Shown: piece by piece, positions 46,838-55,941 of the stretch | How positions within the stretch are numbered: the stretch's first letter is position 1 | Layout: each line of letters starts with the position of its first letter | Source: a virus | Lineage: Duplodnaviria; Heunggongvirae; Uroviricota; Caudoviricetes | Strand: one strand, 5' to 3' | DNA length: 64,000 bases | IMG/VR virus record: IMGVR_UViG_3300035696_000002 | Position numbers and translations under genes: made by a program | The notes under the pieces: model-generated | The model's input: the letters and a program-made list of their open reading frames with translations, nothing else | What the model was told of the DNA's origin: nothing | Databases searched by the model: none

Positions 46838-46917
46838 GGGGGTGTAACTCAATCGGGTCAAGAGTACCCGGCTTTTAACCGGGAAGTTGCAGGCAACCCA
46901 ATCTGCCGCCCCCACCA
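46838..46917 (+). tRNA. tRNA-Lys(TTT) with aberrant T loop
   Basis: CCCGG-CTTTTAA-CCGGG; T loop CAACCCAA instead of TTCRANY; ACCA end. Confidence 0.75.
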
Positions 46918-47133
46918 TTCCTTCCTATGCTATAATCACCACGTGAAATACAAAGACTTTTTCATCGACGAGGGCAAATACTTCATCGACGCCGAGAAGG
47001 TGACTCGCGAAGTGTTCAACGAACGCCGATTGAAAGAGTGCTGGCACCACTGGGTGCCGATAGGTGATTCCGACAAAGACGGCGAATGTCGTTACTGTGA
47101 ACTCAAAGTTGTCGGGGGCAAAAAAGTAGTCGA

Positions 47134-47655
47134 ATGATTACCTGCGTGACAGCACCGAGTCGAAGCGGCACCAGCTTGACCATGCAAATGCTACAGGCAG
47201 CGGATGTGCCGCTGTGGTGGGACGCTCTCCCTAATCGCACAGCGTGGAATCCACGCGGACACTTCGAGATCAACACGCGAAAGAACAACGACTGGACGAT
47301 CCTTCTGCCGCTCTGTGAAGGCAGGGCCATCAAGGTGATGCCGTTTGATCTGTACCGCCTGACGCCGGATCACGAATACCGTTTCATCACAATCCTCCGC
47401 AATCCAACAGCCGTCGATGCGTCGCAGCAAGCTGCGGTGGAATTTCGTGGTGCAAAGATGTCTGACGCGGATAAGACCAAGGAATGGCAGCGGTATACGC
47501 TGGACTTTATCAAGGACTACCCACACGTCATCGTCAATTTCGACGACCTGTTCAACGGCAAGGCCCAGCAGAGCATCGGCGAGTTCATGGGCTTCGACGA
47601 CCTCCAAATCGCGAAGATGAACGATTGCGTAGACCCGGAACTCAGGCATTTCTAA
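47134..47655 (+). CDS. Sulfotransferase-like P-loop protein
   Basis: N-terminal PSRSGTSLTMQML, NPRGHFE, ILRNP. Confidence 0.7.
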   Translation: MITCVTAPSRSGTSLTMQMLQAADVPLWWDALPNRTAWNPRGHFEINTRKNNDWTILLPLCEGRAIKVMPFDLYRLTPDHEYRFITILRNPTAVDASQQAAVEFRGAKMSDADKTKEWQRYTLDFIKDYPHVIVNFDDLFNGKAQQSIGEFMGFDDLQIAKMNDCVDPELRHF

Positions 47656-47738
47656 TACCAACCGGAAAAAGATAAAACAAGAAATAGTTTCTGTGGTACG
47701 TTTGTTTCGTGGACACATTCCACAGACAAAGGGTATAT

Positions 47739-48326
47739 ATGTCAAAAGCTGCTGTAAAGGAACAAGCAATTGAGGTAAAACGGTTGGATATTCGTTCTAT
47801 CCGGCTGACGCTCGAAGGCGATTCACCGCTCATTTCCCACAAGTGGGCGGAAAAGGCAAAAAAGGAAATGCTCGACAAGCAGATGAAGAAGGCCAAGACT
47901 GCTAAGGAAGCAAAAGACCCCGAGAAGGACTACAAGGATAGCCTGTATGAGTATCCGGGCGGCGGTTTTGGTTTCCCAACGATTGGCGTCAAGGCTGCTG
48001 CGGTCACCGCTGCTGCTCAATGCGACATGTTCAAAACTGACGCACGTGCAGCATTCCACATCGACGGCGATCTGGTTAAGATCGACGGCGAACCGGAGAT
48101 GCGGGAAGACATGGTGCGAGTTGGCATGGGCACTGCGGACATCCGCTATCGCGGCATGTTCCCCAAGTGGAGGACAACCTTCACGCTCAAGTACAACGCA
48201 TCCGTGTTGTCTGCTGAGCAGATCGTGAACTTGTTCAACGCTGCGGGATTCGGCGTTGGCATCGGTGAGTGGCGTCCCCAGAAGAACGGGTCGTTCGGTC
48301 GCTTTCACGTTGCAAACGAAGCGTAA
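47739..48326 (+). CDS. Stand-alone RAMP/Cas7-like RNA-binding protein
   Basis: N-terminal IRLTLEGDSPLISH strand, FPTIGVKAA helix, IRYRGMFPKW, C-terminal Gly-rich loop GFGVGIGEWRPQKNGSFGRFHV. Confidence 0.75.
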   Translation: MSKAAVKEQAIEVKRLDIRSIRLTLEGDSPLISHKWAEKAKKEMLDKQMKKAKTAKEAKDPEKDYKDSLYEYPGGGFGFPTIGVKAAAVTAAAQCDMFKTDARAAFHIDGDLVKIDGEPEMREDMVRVGMGTADIRYRGMFPKWRTTFTLKYNASVLSAEQIVNLFNAAGFGVGIGEWRPQKNGSFGRFHVANEA

Positions 48327-48368
48327 CAGAAACCGGGGCCTAACCGCCCCGGTAGTTTTTATAAGCGA

Positions 48369-48589
48369 GGTAGGGCAGGCTTGGCATGGTACGGCGGGGA
48401 GAGGCGAGGTCAGGCATGGCAGGTATGGCGTGGTAAGGTCGGGTGAGGCGAGATCGGGGCTAGGCGGGGCAGGCGTGGTGCGGTAAGGTGTGGTCGGGTC
48501 TGGTAAGGCGTGGTTGGGTAGGGCAGGCAAGGTGAGGTGAGGCGGGGAGAGGTGAGGTATGGTTAGGCCCGGCGTGGCAGGCGAGGTGT
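48369..48589 (+). repeat. GGY-NN pentamer array 1 (candidate guide-RNA array)
   Basis: About 40 GG(C/T)NN units punctuated by 4-nt GGCA at 48374, 48418, 48468, 48522, 48576. Confidence 0.9.
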
Positions 48590-48614
48590 GATAAAATCAT
48601 TTTGAGGTGGAGCT

Positions 48615-49091
48615 ATGGTTTACAAATGGAAAGCAGCAGCACAGATCAAAGGACTCGATCCGCAAGTTTGTGGCGACCGGATGGAGTACATCAAGAAAAC
48701 AGTTGGAGCCGTAACAGCAGAAACAGTTCTTGAAGATGCCCGCAACATTAACTCGCCCCTGCACGGTGGTTTCACATGGGACGACAACGAAGCAGCAGAA
48801 CAGCACCGCCTCAATGAGGCACGATATCTTCTTCGTCAGATTGTGATCTACGAGGAGCCCAAAGAACCGGAAGGCGAACCTACGATTATTCGTGCGTTCG
48901 TAAATGTTCAGGAAGAAAACCAGCCGGATGCAACCTATGTTGATATAACGACGGCGATGAGCGATCCAAAATTGCGTGAGCAGATTTTGGAGCGAGCATA
49001 CCGCGAGCTTACGGCGTGGAAAGTTCGTTACGAAGAGTTTGAAGAGTTCGCACGGGTCGTCAAAGCAATCAACTCAGTGAAGCTGAAATAG
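48615..49091 (+). CDS. Accessory protein between the two arrays
   Basis: 158 aa, GAGGTGGAG RBS, SPLHGGFTWDDNEAAEQHRLNEARYLLR motif. Confidence 0.75.
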   Translation: MVYKWKAAAQIKGLDPQVCGDRMEYIKKTVGAVTAETVLEDARNINSPLHGGFTWDDNEAAEQHRLNEARYLLRQIVIYEEPKEPEGEPTIIRAFVNVQEENQPDATYVDITTAMSDPKLREQILERAYRELTAWKVRYEEFEEFARVVKAINSVKLK

Positions 49092-49118
49092 GCGACCGCT
49101 GCGGAGTAGAGCGAAACG

Positions 49119-49395
49119 GGCGTGGTGAGGTACGGCACGGCTAGGTATGGCCCGGTTTGGCGTGGCAGGCGTGGTGTGGCGTGGCCCGTCGCGGTCTGGT
49201 GTGGTAAGGTAGGGTTAGGTATGGCAGGCGAGGTAAGGCGGGGATAGGCATGGTGCGGTGCGGCACGGCAGGTGAGGTGAGGTGAGGCGGGCTGGGCGAG
49301 GCATGTTTGGGCGGGGCGAGGCAGGCGGGGCTGGGCTGCGTATGGCATGGTCGGCAGGGTCAGGTCGGGTTTGGCATGGCAGGCACGGATCGGAT
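49119..49395 (+). repeat. GGY-NN pentamer array 2 (candidate guide-RNA array)
   Basis: About 50 GG(C/T)NN units punctuated by GGCA at 49164, 49223, 49267, 49320, 49378. Confidence 0.9.
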
Positions 49396-49420
49396 AAACC
49401 CCCTGAGTTCAGGGGGTTTC
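49396..49420 (+). terminator. Terminator-like hairpin closing array 2
   Basis: AAACCCCCTGA-GT-TCAGGGGGTTT. Confidence 0.75.
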
Positions 49421-49460
49421 CTATTGGCCAAAATACCGTCTTCCCCGGTATACTATAGAT

Positions 49461-50399
49461 ATGGAAACGCCCACCATTGACCAGTTTGTCACCGCCGACC
49501 CCCGCCGAGAAGAACGCTGGCACGCCGCGAAAAAGATGATCGCCGAAGGTCTGGCGAACAAACAAATCTGGAACACCGAATTTGAGTTGGCGAAATCCAA
49601 CCTGCACGCCATCGGCGAAGCAGCCCTCGAAGTCCCCTATGATGCCCTCCTGAACCGCCTCCGCAATGACGCCGACTGGCGGGTCGAAGTAAACAGTGAA
49701 GCCCGGTGGGCGATCAGCGGCTATTATCAGTTCAACGAACTCCCGAAGCGAATCCGGCTGTTGGAAAAGATGCAGGAACCGATCCGGTCGCAGGTTGAGC
49801 CGTACCTGCAAGTGTGCCGCGAGTTGGTCACCGTGGGCAACGATCTCAAGGCCGTGAAGCCTTTCATCGTGAAGGGCCGCAAACCGAATCCGAATGCACC
49901 GCCTGTCGAAGTCACCATGGCGAACACTGGCCAGTGTGCGATCTGCGGTCGCCGCCAGAAGATGAATAAGTACAACGCCATCGTTGACCATGGCTTCCAG
50001 ATTTCAGACGGCGTGCACTACTTCGGCTACCGGGCAGGACATTGCTTCGGTGTTGGCTACGAGCCGAGCGAACTTTCCTGCAAGGCGAATCAGGCGTACA
50101 AGAAAGTTCTGGAGAATTCCCTGTCCGAGACTGAGGAGACACTGGCCGAACTCGAAGCTTCCAATTTCGAGCAGTTGAGCGAGACCGTCCGGGTCAAGGA
50201 AAAGAATTTCAATTACCGCAACGAGAAACGCACCCACCTGAAAGGCACGCCGGATTACGAGCGTGTCCGCAAGAACAACATCGACCGGGCTCAGGAGCAG
50301 ATCAGAACGCTCAAGAGCGACATCAACTATCAGGCTGAGATCATCAAGAATTGGAAACCCTCACCGCTTCTCTACGGCTCCAAAGCTGACCAGAAATAG
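49461..50399 (+). CDS. Hypothetical protein with CxxC/H/C metal motif
   Basis: 312 aa; GQCAICGR..DHGF..HCFG; probably leaderless. Confidence 0.65.
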   Translation: METPTIDQFVTADPRREERWHAAKKMIAEGLANKQIWNTEFELAKSNLHAIGEAALEVPYDALLNRLRNDADWRVEVNSEARWAISGYYQFNELPKRIRLLEKMQEPIRSQVEPYLQVCRELVTVGNDLKAVKPFIVKGRKPNPNAPPVEVTMANTGQCAICGRRQKMNKYNAIVDHGFQISDGVHYFGYRAGHCFGVGYEPSELSCKANQAYKKVLENSLSETEETLAELEASNFEQLSETVRVKEKNFNYRNEKRTHLKGTPDYERVRKNNIDRAQEQIRTLKSDINYQAEIIKNWKPSPLLYGSKADQK

Positions 50400-50405
50400 T
50401 GTACA

Positions 50406-51113
50406 ATGTGGGGCATGGACACCCTCCACCCCCATATCGTCGGCAGAATGGCCGACGACTTTTCTATCCTGAGCAAGAATCGGTACCTTACGTCGGAGGA
50501 AACCCTCGGCCTTGCCCTCGATGAACTCTTCGCCCGGCACAACATCACGGTAGATCGCGTACCCTTGATCCACGCCGTGGTGCACCCCAATGGTCAGGTC
50601 TCAAAGAGCGAATCCATTCTCGGCATTTCGTATGGCGGCAGCGTGGCACTGCGGAGCGATCTCGGGGAGAACAACCCGTTCCACCTTTCGACAGCCATCC
50701 ATGAGTTTGCTCATGAGTTTCTTCACTGCCCGGTCGATCCCTCTGATCCTGACGGCCTGAATCGTGCCGGGAGTTTCATGTCCCTGTATCGGCCCACACG
50801 GGAACGCGAAGCTGAGAGTGTCGCCCGGTGGGTGATGCGACGAGTTGGACTTGACTGGCCGGACATTTCCGCTTACGACACATGGGACGACATCACCTAC
50901 CTGAGCGAGGCCGAGTTGCTGGTGGTGCGGATGATCGTCAACAAGTTTCATGAAGTCACTGCCCGGCGTACCGTTGTTCCCGACTATTACACGCTGGTAA
51001 AACCAGCGGCTCCCCGGTATGAAAGTTTCATCAAGCCCGGCTGGTCGAATTGTCTGTGGTGCGACTACACCTTTCCGCATACTGATTGTCGGAATGTAAA
51101 GTCATGTAAATAG
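50406..51113 (+). CDS. ImmA/IrrE-like zinc metallopeptidase
   Basis: TAIHEFAHEFLH and REREAESVA motifs. Confidence 0.7.
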   Translation: MWGMDTLHPHIVGRMADDFSILSKNRYLTSEETLGLALDELFARHNITVDRVPLIHAVVHPNGQVSKSESILGISYGGSVALRSDLGENNPFHLSTAIHEFAHEFLHCPVDPSDPDGLNRAGSFMSLYRPTREREAESVARWVMRRVGLDWPDISAYDTWDDITYLSEAELLVVRMIVNKFHEVTARRTVVPDYYTLVKPAAPRYESFIKPGWSNCLWCDYTFPHTDCRNVKSCK

Positions 51114-51176
51114 GGAAGTTGGCTACGACTTTTTTCTGGACTTCGGGTTTCTAGTATTGAGTAGTAGGAGGCACTT

Positions 51177-51710
51177 ATGCGTAAGACTCTTTTTTGGTTC
51201 TTCTCTCTTTTCCTTTTTGCAGCCATCCCGGCTGTAGCTCAGCACGGCGGTCATGCAAGCGGTGGTCATTTCGGCGGCAGCGGTAGGTCGTTCGGCAGTG
51301 CCCGTGGCGAACAGCACGAACGTGTCGCGGCCCCGGCCAAGGGTGAGCAGCGAGGCGGCTTCGTCGAGCACCATGGCGAAGGCTTCCCGGCGACGCACAA
51401 CGGCTATCACTGGGCTGGCGGCGGGGCTGCCCGCACGCACTGGGACGGCCATGCGTATGACCATGATTATTTCTACGGCCACTGGGGCCGGGAACACGCA
51501 TTCTATTGGGGTCACTGCAATTGGTGGGGGCCTCGTTTCGGCATCGGTTCGTACTTCTGGTTCGGCGGCGGCTACTGGACGATTATCGACCCGGTTCCTC
51601 CGTACTGGTATGACGACGAGGTCTATGTCGAGTGGGTTCCGGGGTACGGCTATGCCCTCGTAAACCCCCTGTATCCGCAGGTTTACTTCCACGTCGGCGT
51701 CCGGTTCTAA
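51177..51710 (+). CDS. Secreted Gly/His/Trp-rich protein
   Basis: Signal peptide, GH-rich low-complexity region, aromatic C-terminal domain. Confidence 0.65.
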   Translation: MRKTLFWFFSLFLFAAIPAVAQHGGHASGGHFGGSGRSFGSARGEQHERVAAPAKGEQRGGFVEHHGEGFPATHNGYHWAGGGAARTHWDGHAYDHDYFYGHWGREHAFYWGHCNWWGPRFGIGSYFWFGGGYWTIIDPVPPYWYDDEVYVEWVPGYGYALVNPLYPQVYFHVGVRF

Positions 51711-53730
51711 AGCTTCGCGGGGTGCTGCAAAACAGGCACTTGATTTTTCCGGCAGAACACAGTATTATTTGTCGGAGGAGTCAGGTGCCTTTGCTTACCA
51801 CGGTCAACATTTTCAACTCCGAGACCAAAACCGAGCAGCCGTTCGGTGCCCGTGAAGATCGAATTCGGGCTTTCTACCAATTTATTGTGGGTGACCGCAG
51901 GACAGCGAACTCTGCCAAACCTCGTATGCCCGGCATCAGCGGCCCTGCCGCACTGGGCCTGAGCACGATGTTCTTCCGGGTGCCCGGCAGGTTCCCGGCT
52001 GACGACATCCTCAAGTGGCTACGGGAAAACCAGAAGACCTACCTAGACGGCTACCCGAACCCGACGATTACGCTCGAAGAAATCGAAGACGCTCTCGGAC
52101 GCTTCGCGGCGGTGAACACGCAACTGTTGGCCGATGGGCAGGATTCTTCCTCGCGGCAAGCTGGCGTATGAACTGGAAGGATTACAGCACCCATCCGTGG
52201 CGTTGGCCCTACCAGTTAGTCCGGGCCGGATTTTTGGGGTTCTTGGCCCTCGGGACGGGCCTACTGTGGATGCGACACGGCTGGCACGCAGCCCCGTCGC
52301 CGGAGAAATATGTACACTTGGCTCTTGGTACTGGTACGCTGGTTTTTATCTGCTATGCGATCTGGGCCTTCATCGTCGAACGGGGTAAAAAATACGATGG
52401 ACTTTACCTTTAGGGATCACGTCAAGACGATCTACCAGAAGTACCTTCAAGGGGACATCCCCCGCGACATCGCTTACAGGCGATTCGAAAAGCTGTTGAA
52501 AGACTACGGCCTGATGGCTCTCGATCACAGGCTCCCGGACGACATCACCAACGAAAACTTCCTCGGCTTGCTGCGTTGGGCATTCAACATGAATCCGCAG
52601 CCGACCAACGTGCCCGATCCCCGGCACTTCTCCGCCCCGATGAACATGCTGAACAACGAGGAGTCCGCTGCGGTCAAGGAACTGCGGGAAGAGATCAACA
52701 CAGAGATTCGCAAGCTGCTCGACGGCAATCTTGGTAAGCCCCTGCCCAAGGCACCACCATCAAATCAGGCACCACTGAATCGAATTCGATTCCTGCCGCC
52801 AGCATACCCGGCACCGCCGATGATGAGCCACTACATTCCCCCGAAACCTCGCCGCATGCCGGAGATGCCGACGTGCCCGATCTGCCACAAGGAAACATCC
52901 ATCCTGTGCTCGACGGCTCAGTTTGAGAACCGGATCATCCAAGTCAATCCGGCCCGGTGTCAGGAATGCACGTTCGACTACGCGGTCAAAGAGTTCGAGA
53001 AGAAACCGTACATCATGGACACGAAGCACACTCCGTTGACTACGGAAGAGGAGAAGTTTTTCGCGGGGCTGGAAGACCAGATGAAGGTCTCGCCCTTCAA
53101 GGAATTGTGCGAACACTGTCATCGGCTGGTTGAGCCCGATCACCGCTGTCCACGCCGACCGGAATTTGACACGCACACATGTCCGAAGTGCGGGTTCTAT
53201 TACGACACACCAAATCACGTGCTTGGTTGCGGAGCCGATTTTGGCAACGAAAAGAAAGTATAAAGCCGTCCCCCTCGACGCAGTCGAGATCATGACCCGT
53301 CCCATTGGGGAGGATGAACGCCATTGGTTCTGGGATTACCGGGGCTACCGAATCCATATCAGCAAACAGAAGTGCATGGCCGGGTACTACCTGACCTACT
53401 TCGATATTTTCCGCAAGAAAGATGGTTACGAGTTCGTCTGCGACTTCACCGAGGGCTCCGACACGGTCACGCAAATGTTAGGTTTCATGAAAGACCGAGT
53501 TGATGATAAGATAGAGACCAAGAGGCCCGATGCCGAAGACTAAACGGTTCGTTGAAATGCAGTGCTTATCGCGGAAGTGCCGCAACAAGACGACGAAGCA
53601 TGTGCGTGAACCCGAGCACGAGACGACGCATTACCAGTCAACAGTGGGACGCGGCGGGCCGTCCGATTATCGCTTCATGCGGTGCACAGAATGTGGCCAC
53701 GGCCAAGAATGGGACTTTGCGAGGGATTAA

Positions 53731-54441
53731 ATGACTGACACACGACCGGGGCCGACCCGGCTGGAAACGATGCTCCACAACGCCGCGATTCTTGTCCGCG
53801 AGGGCAACACTGGCAAGCAGGTTGACGAATTCGTCGCCGGGTTGATCCGGCTGGCCAAAGTCAAGCCCGCATTTCTCGGCTACAAGCCACTGAACATGGG
53901 CGGGGGTGACGGGTATCCCGCAACGATCTGTGTCTCCTTCAACAATGAAGTGATCCATGGCATCCCGGACGACCGCAAGTTCCAAGAGGGTGACGTGATT
54001 AAGCTGGACTGCGGCATCGAAGAGGACGGGCAATTCGACGACGGTGCCCTGACCGTGATCGTCGGCAACGGCTCCGCCACAGCCCGCAGGCTGGTCAAGG
54101 CGACGCAAGAGGCTCTGGAGGCTGGCGTAGCTCAAGCCAAGGCCGGGAACACCACACACGACATTGGCCGGGCAATTGAGGCAGTAGCCAAGAAGTACGA
54201 TGTCTACGTCGTAGAGGGTTACGGCGGACACGGTATCGGCGAAAAACTGCACATGGAGCCGCACGTCCCCAACAAGGTGGAAGGCCCCGAGGTCAAACTG
54301 GAATCGGGAATGCGGATCGCCATCGAACCCATGTTCGGCAGCAACCATGGCCGCACGTATGTGGGGCCGGACAAGTGGGTCATCAAGCTACAGAACGGGG
54401 GCCTCGCCGCCCACTTTGAAAAGACGGTGACGATAAAATGA
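53731..54441 (+). CDS. map: Methionine aminopeptidase type I
   Basis: CVSFNNEVIHGIP, DCG, DGA, GHGIG..LH.EP, AIEPM, AHFEKTV. Confidence 0.95.
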   Translation: MTDTRPGPTRLETMLHNAAILVREGNTGKQVDEFVAGLIRLAKVKPAFLGYKPLNMGGGDGYPATICVSFNNEVIHGIPDDRKFQEGDVIKLDCGIEEDGQFDDGALTVIVGNGSATARRLVKATQEALEAGVAQAKAGNTTHDIGRAIEAVAKKYDVYVVEGYGGHGIGEKLHMEPHVPNKVEGPEVKLESGMRIAIEPMFGSNHGRTYVGPDKWVIKLQNGGLAAHFEKTVTIK

Positions 54442-55941
54442 GTACAGCGGAAAAGGCAATTGCAGTAGCAATTTTGCTAGGCTCCGAACGGCGTCCTGAC
54501 CGTGTTTCCTCAGTCGAGATCAGGCAGTTCATTGATCTGGTTGAGAAGATCGAAAAGGAAGTTCTCGCCTACAACAACGACAGACGATAATGGCTGACAT
54601 GCATTGTCCAATTTGTCAGGCTGTGCGTGACGTATCTTGGGGTGTGCAAATCAGATGCGACAAGTGCCGGAACTGGTCACACGTTGACAACTGGACGTAC
54701 ACCAAGGAAGCTTGGGCCAAACTTCAAGCGAGGAGGGGACGATGAACACAGGAACAGTTTCAGTCCACGTAATTCCATCGAGTGCAAGCCTTGACGCCAT
54801 CACGATTTTCTTTCAGGACTTCGAGCCCGGCCAAGGCCGCATGGTCGTGGAATGCTACGGCAATGCGTGGGCAGCCTACTGGGGTGCCATGGGCGGCAAG
54901 ACCGTCCGCGAATTCGTTCGCTCAGCAGACGTGTATTATCTGACCAACAAACTCTCCCGGCCAAACCAGAACAAGACCACGGACAAGTACCTCCAGCGTC
55001 TCGTTGAGGCCATTAAGGCGGATTTGAAATGAAAACAGCCCTCCTCCTGCTATTGACTCTGTCGATTCCCAAGATCACGCCTCCGGCCCCACCACGCCAA
55101 ATCGTGGACAAAACTTTGCCCGCCCATGCCAAGGGCGGACGCTGGTATATGGCCGAAGATGGGCACGCCATCTTTTGCTACGGCCCCACCATGCTGATTA
55201 CTTCCCCCACGGGCGGTTTCACAAAAGTCGCCACATTTTGCCGTGGCGATAAAACAATCGTCCCGCTTCACGAATAACTCCGGCCAAAATCCAGTATTAA
55301 CTGGATATGGCAAAGCCGAATCCTCCAAAATTATCCCGCACACCATCCGAGCATGAACTCCGGGCATACGCCCGGCGTCTGCAAGAATACGAACAGGCCC
55401 TCCTCCGCTGGGAACGATCCCTCTCTCAACGCGAAGAAGAATTCGCAGAAGACCTTGCCGAGGAAATGGGCTTTGAAGACGAGGAAGAAATCGAGTGGGT
55501 GTGGTGCAGCGATTGCGGCGGATATCATCCCGAGCGAATCATGGACGTAGAGGATGTACGGACAGCACTGGTGCAGGCGGGAAAAGCAAACACAAAAACT
55601 GATGCACCGGAATCAGAAATTTCATGGCTGAATGAGTTGTACAGCTTGCAGGACGAGCGGCCCGACAAACACACGCAGACCCCGGTGGGAAACACACGTA
55701 TCCCCCGAGGTCAGGTGTAGATGTAGGATCACCCCCTTAGTTCAAATTTTGGATTGTAAAGCTTGCTCTCCCGTAGGTGTGGCGAAAAGCGGTTGAGGTT
55801 TGTAACGCAAGGGTCATGAGCGATATGTCCTCCTCGGGATTAGGGGTATTCAGTTGTGCGGGGCACGATGCCCCGGTCTTACTATCTAAAGGGGAGCGTA
55901 GTAGCAAAATCCGGCAATACTGAAATCAGATTAGGAGCATT

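Noticed and set aside
47823-49348. Pro/Arg-rich ORFs across the arrays (47823-48530 minus, 48256-48486 plus, 49028-49348 minus)
   Set aside because: Low-complexity translations of a 5-nt periodic repeat that overlap real genes.
48369-49395. Classical CRISPR array, or mere microsatellite/G-quadruplex
   Set aside because: There are no 25-40 nt identical repeats with spacers. The variable NN, regular GGCA punctuation and adjacent RAMP-like gene argue against a simple satellite, although G4 formation is not excluded.
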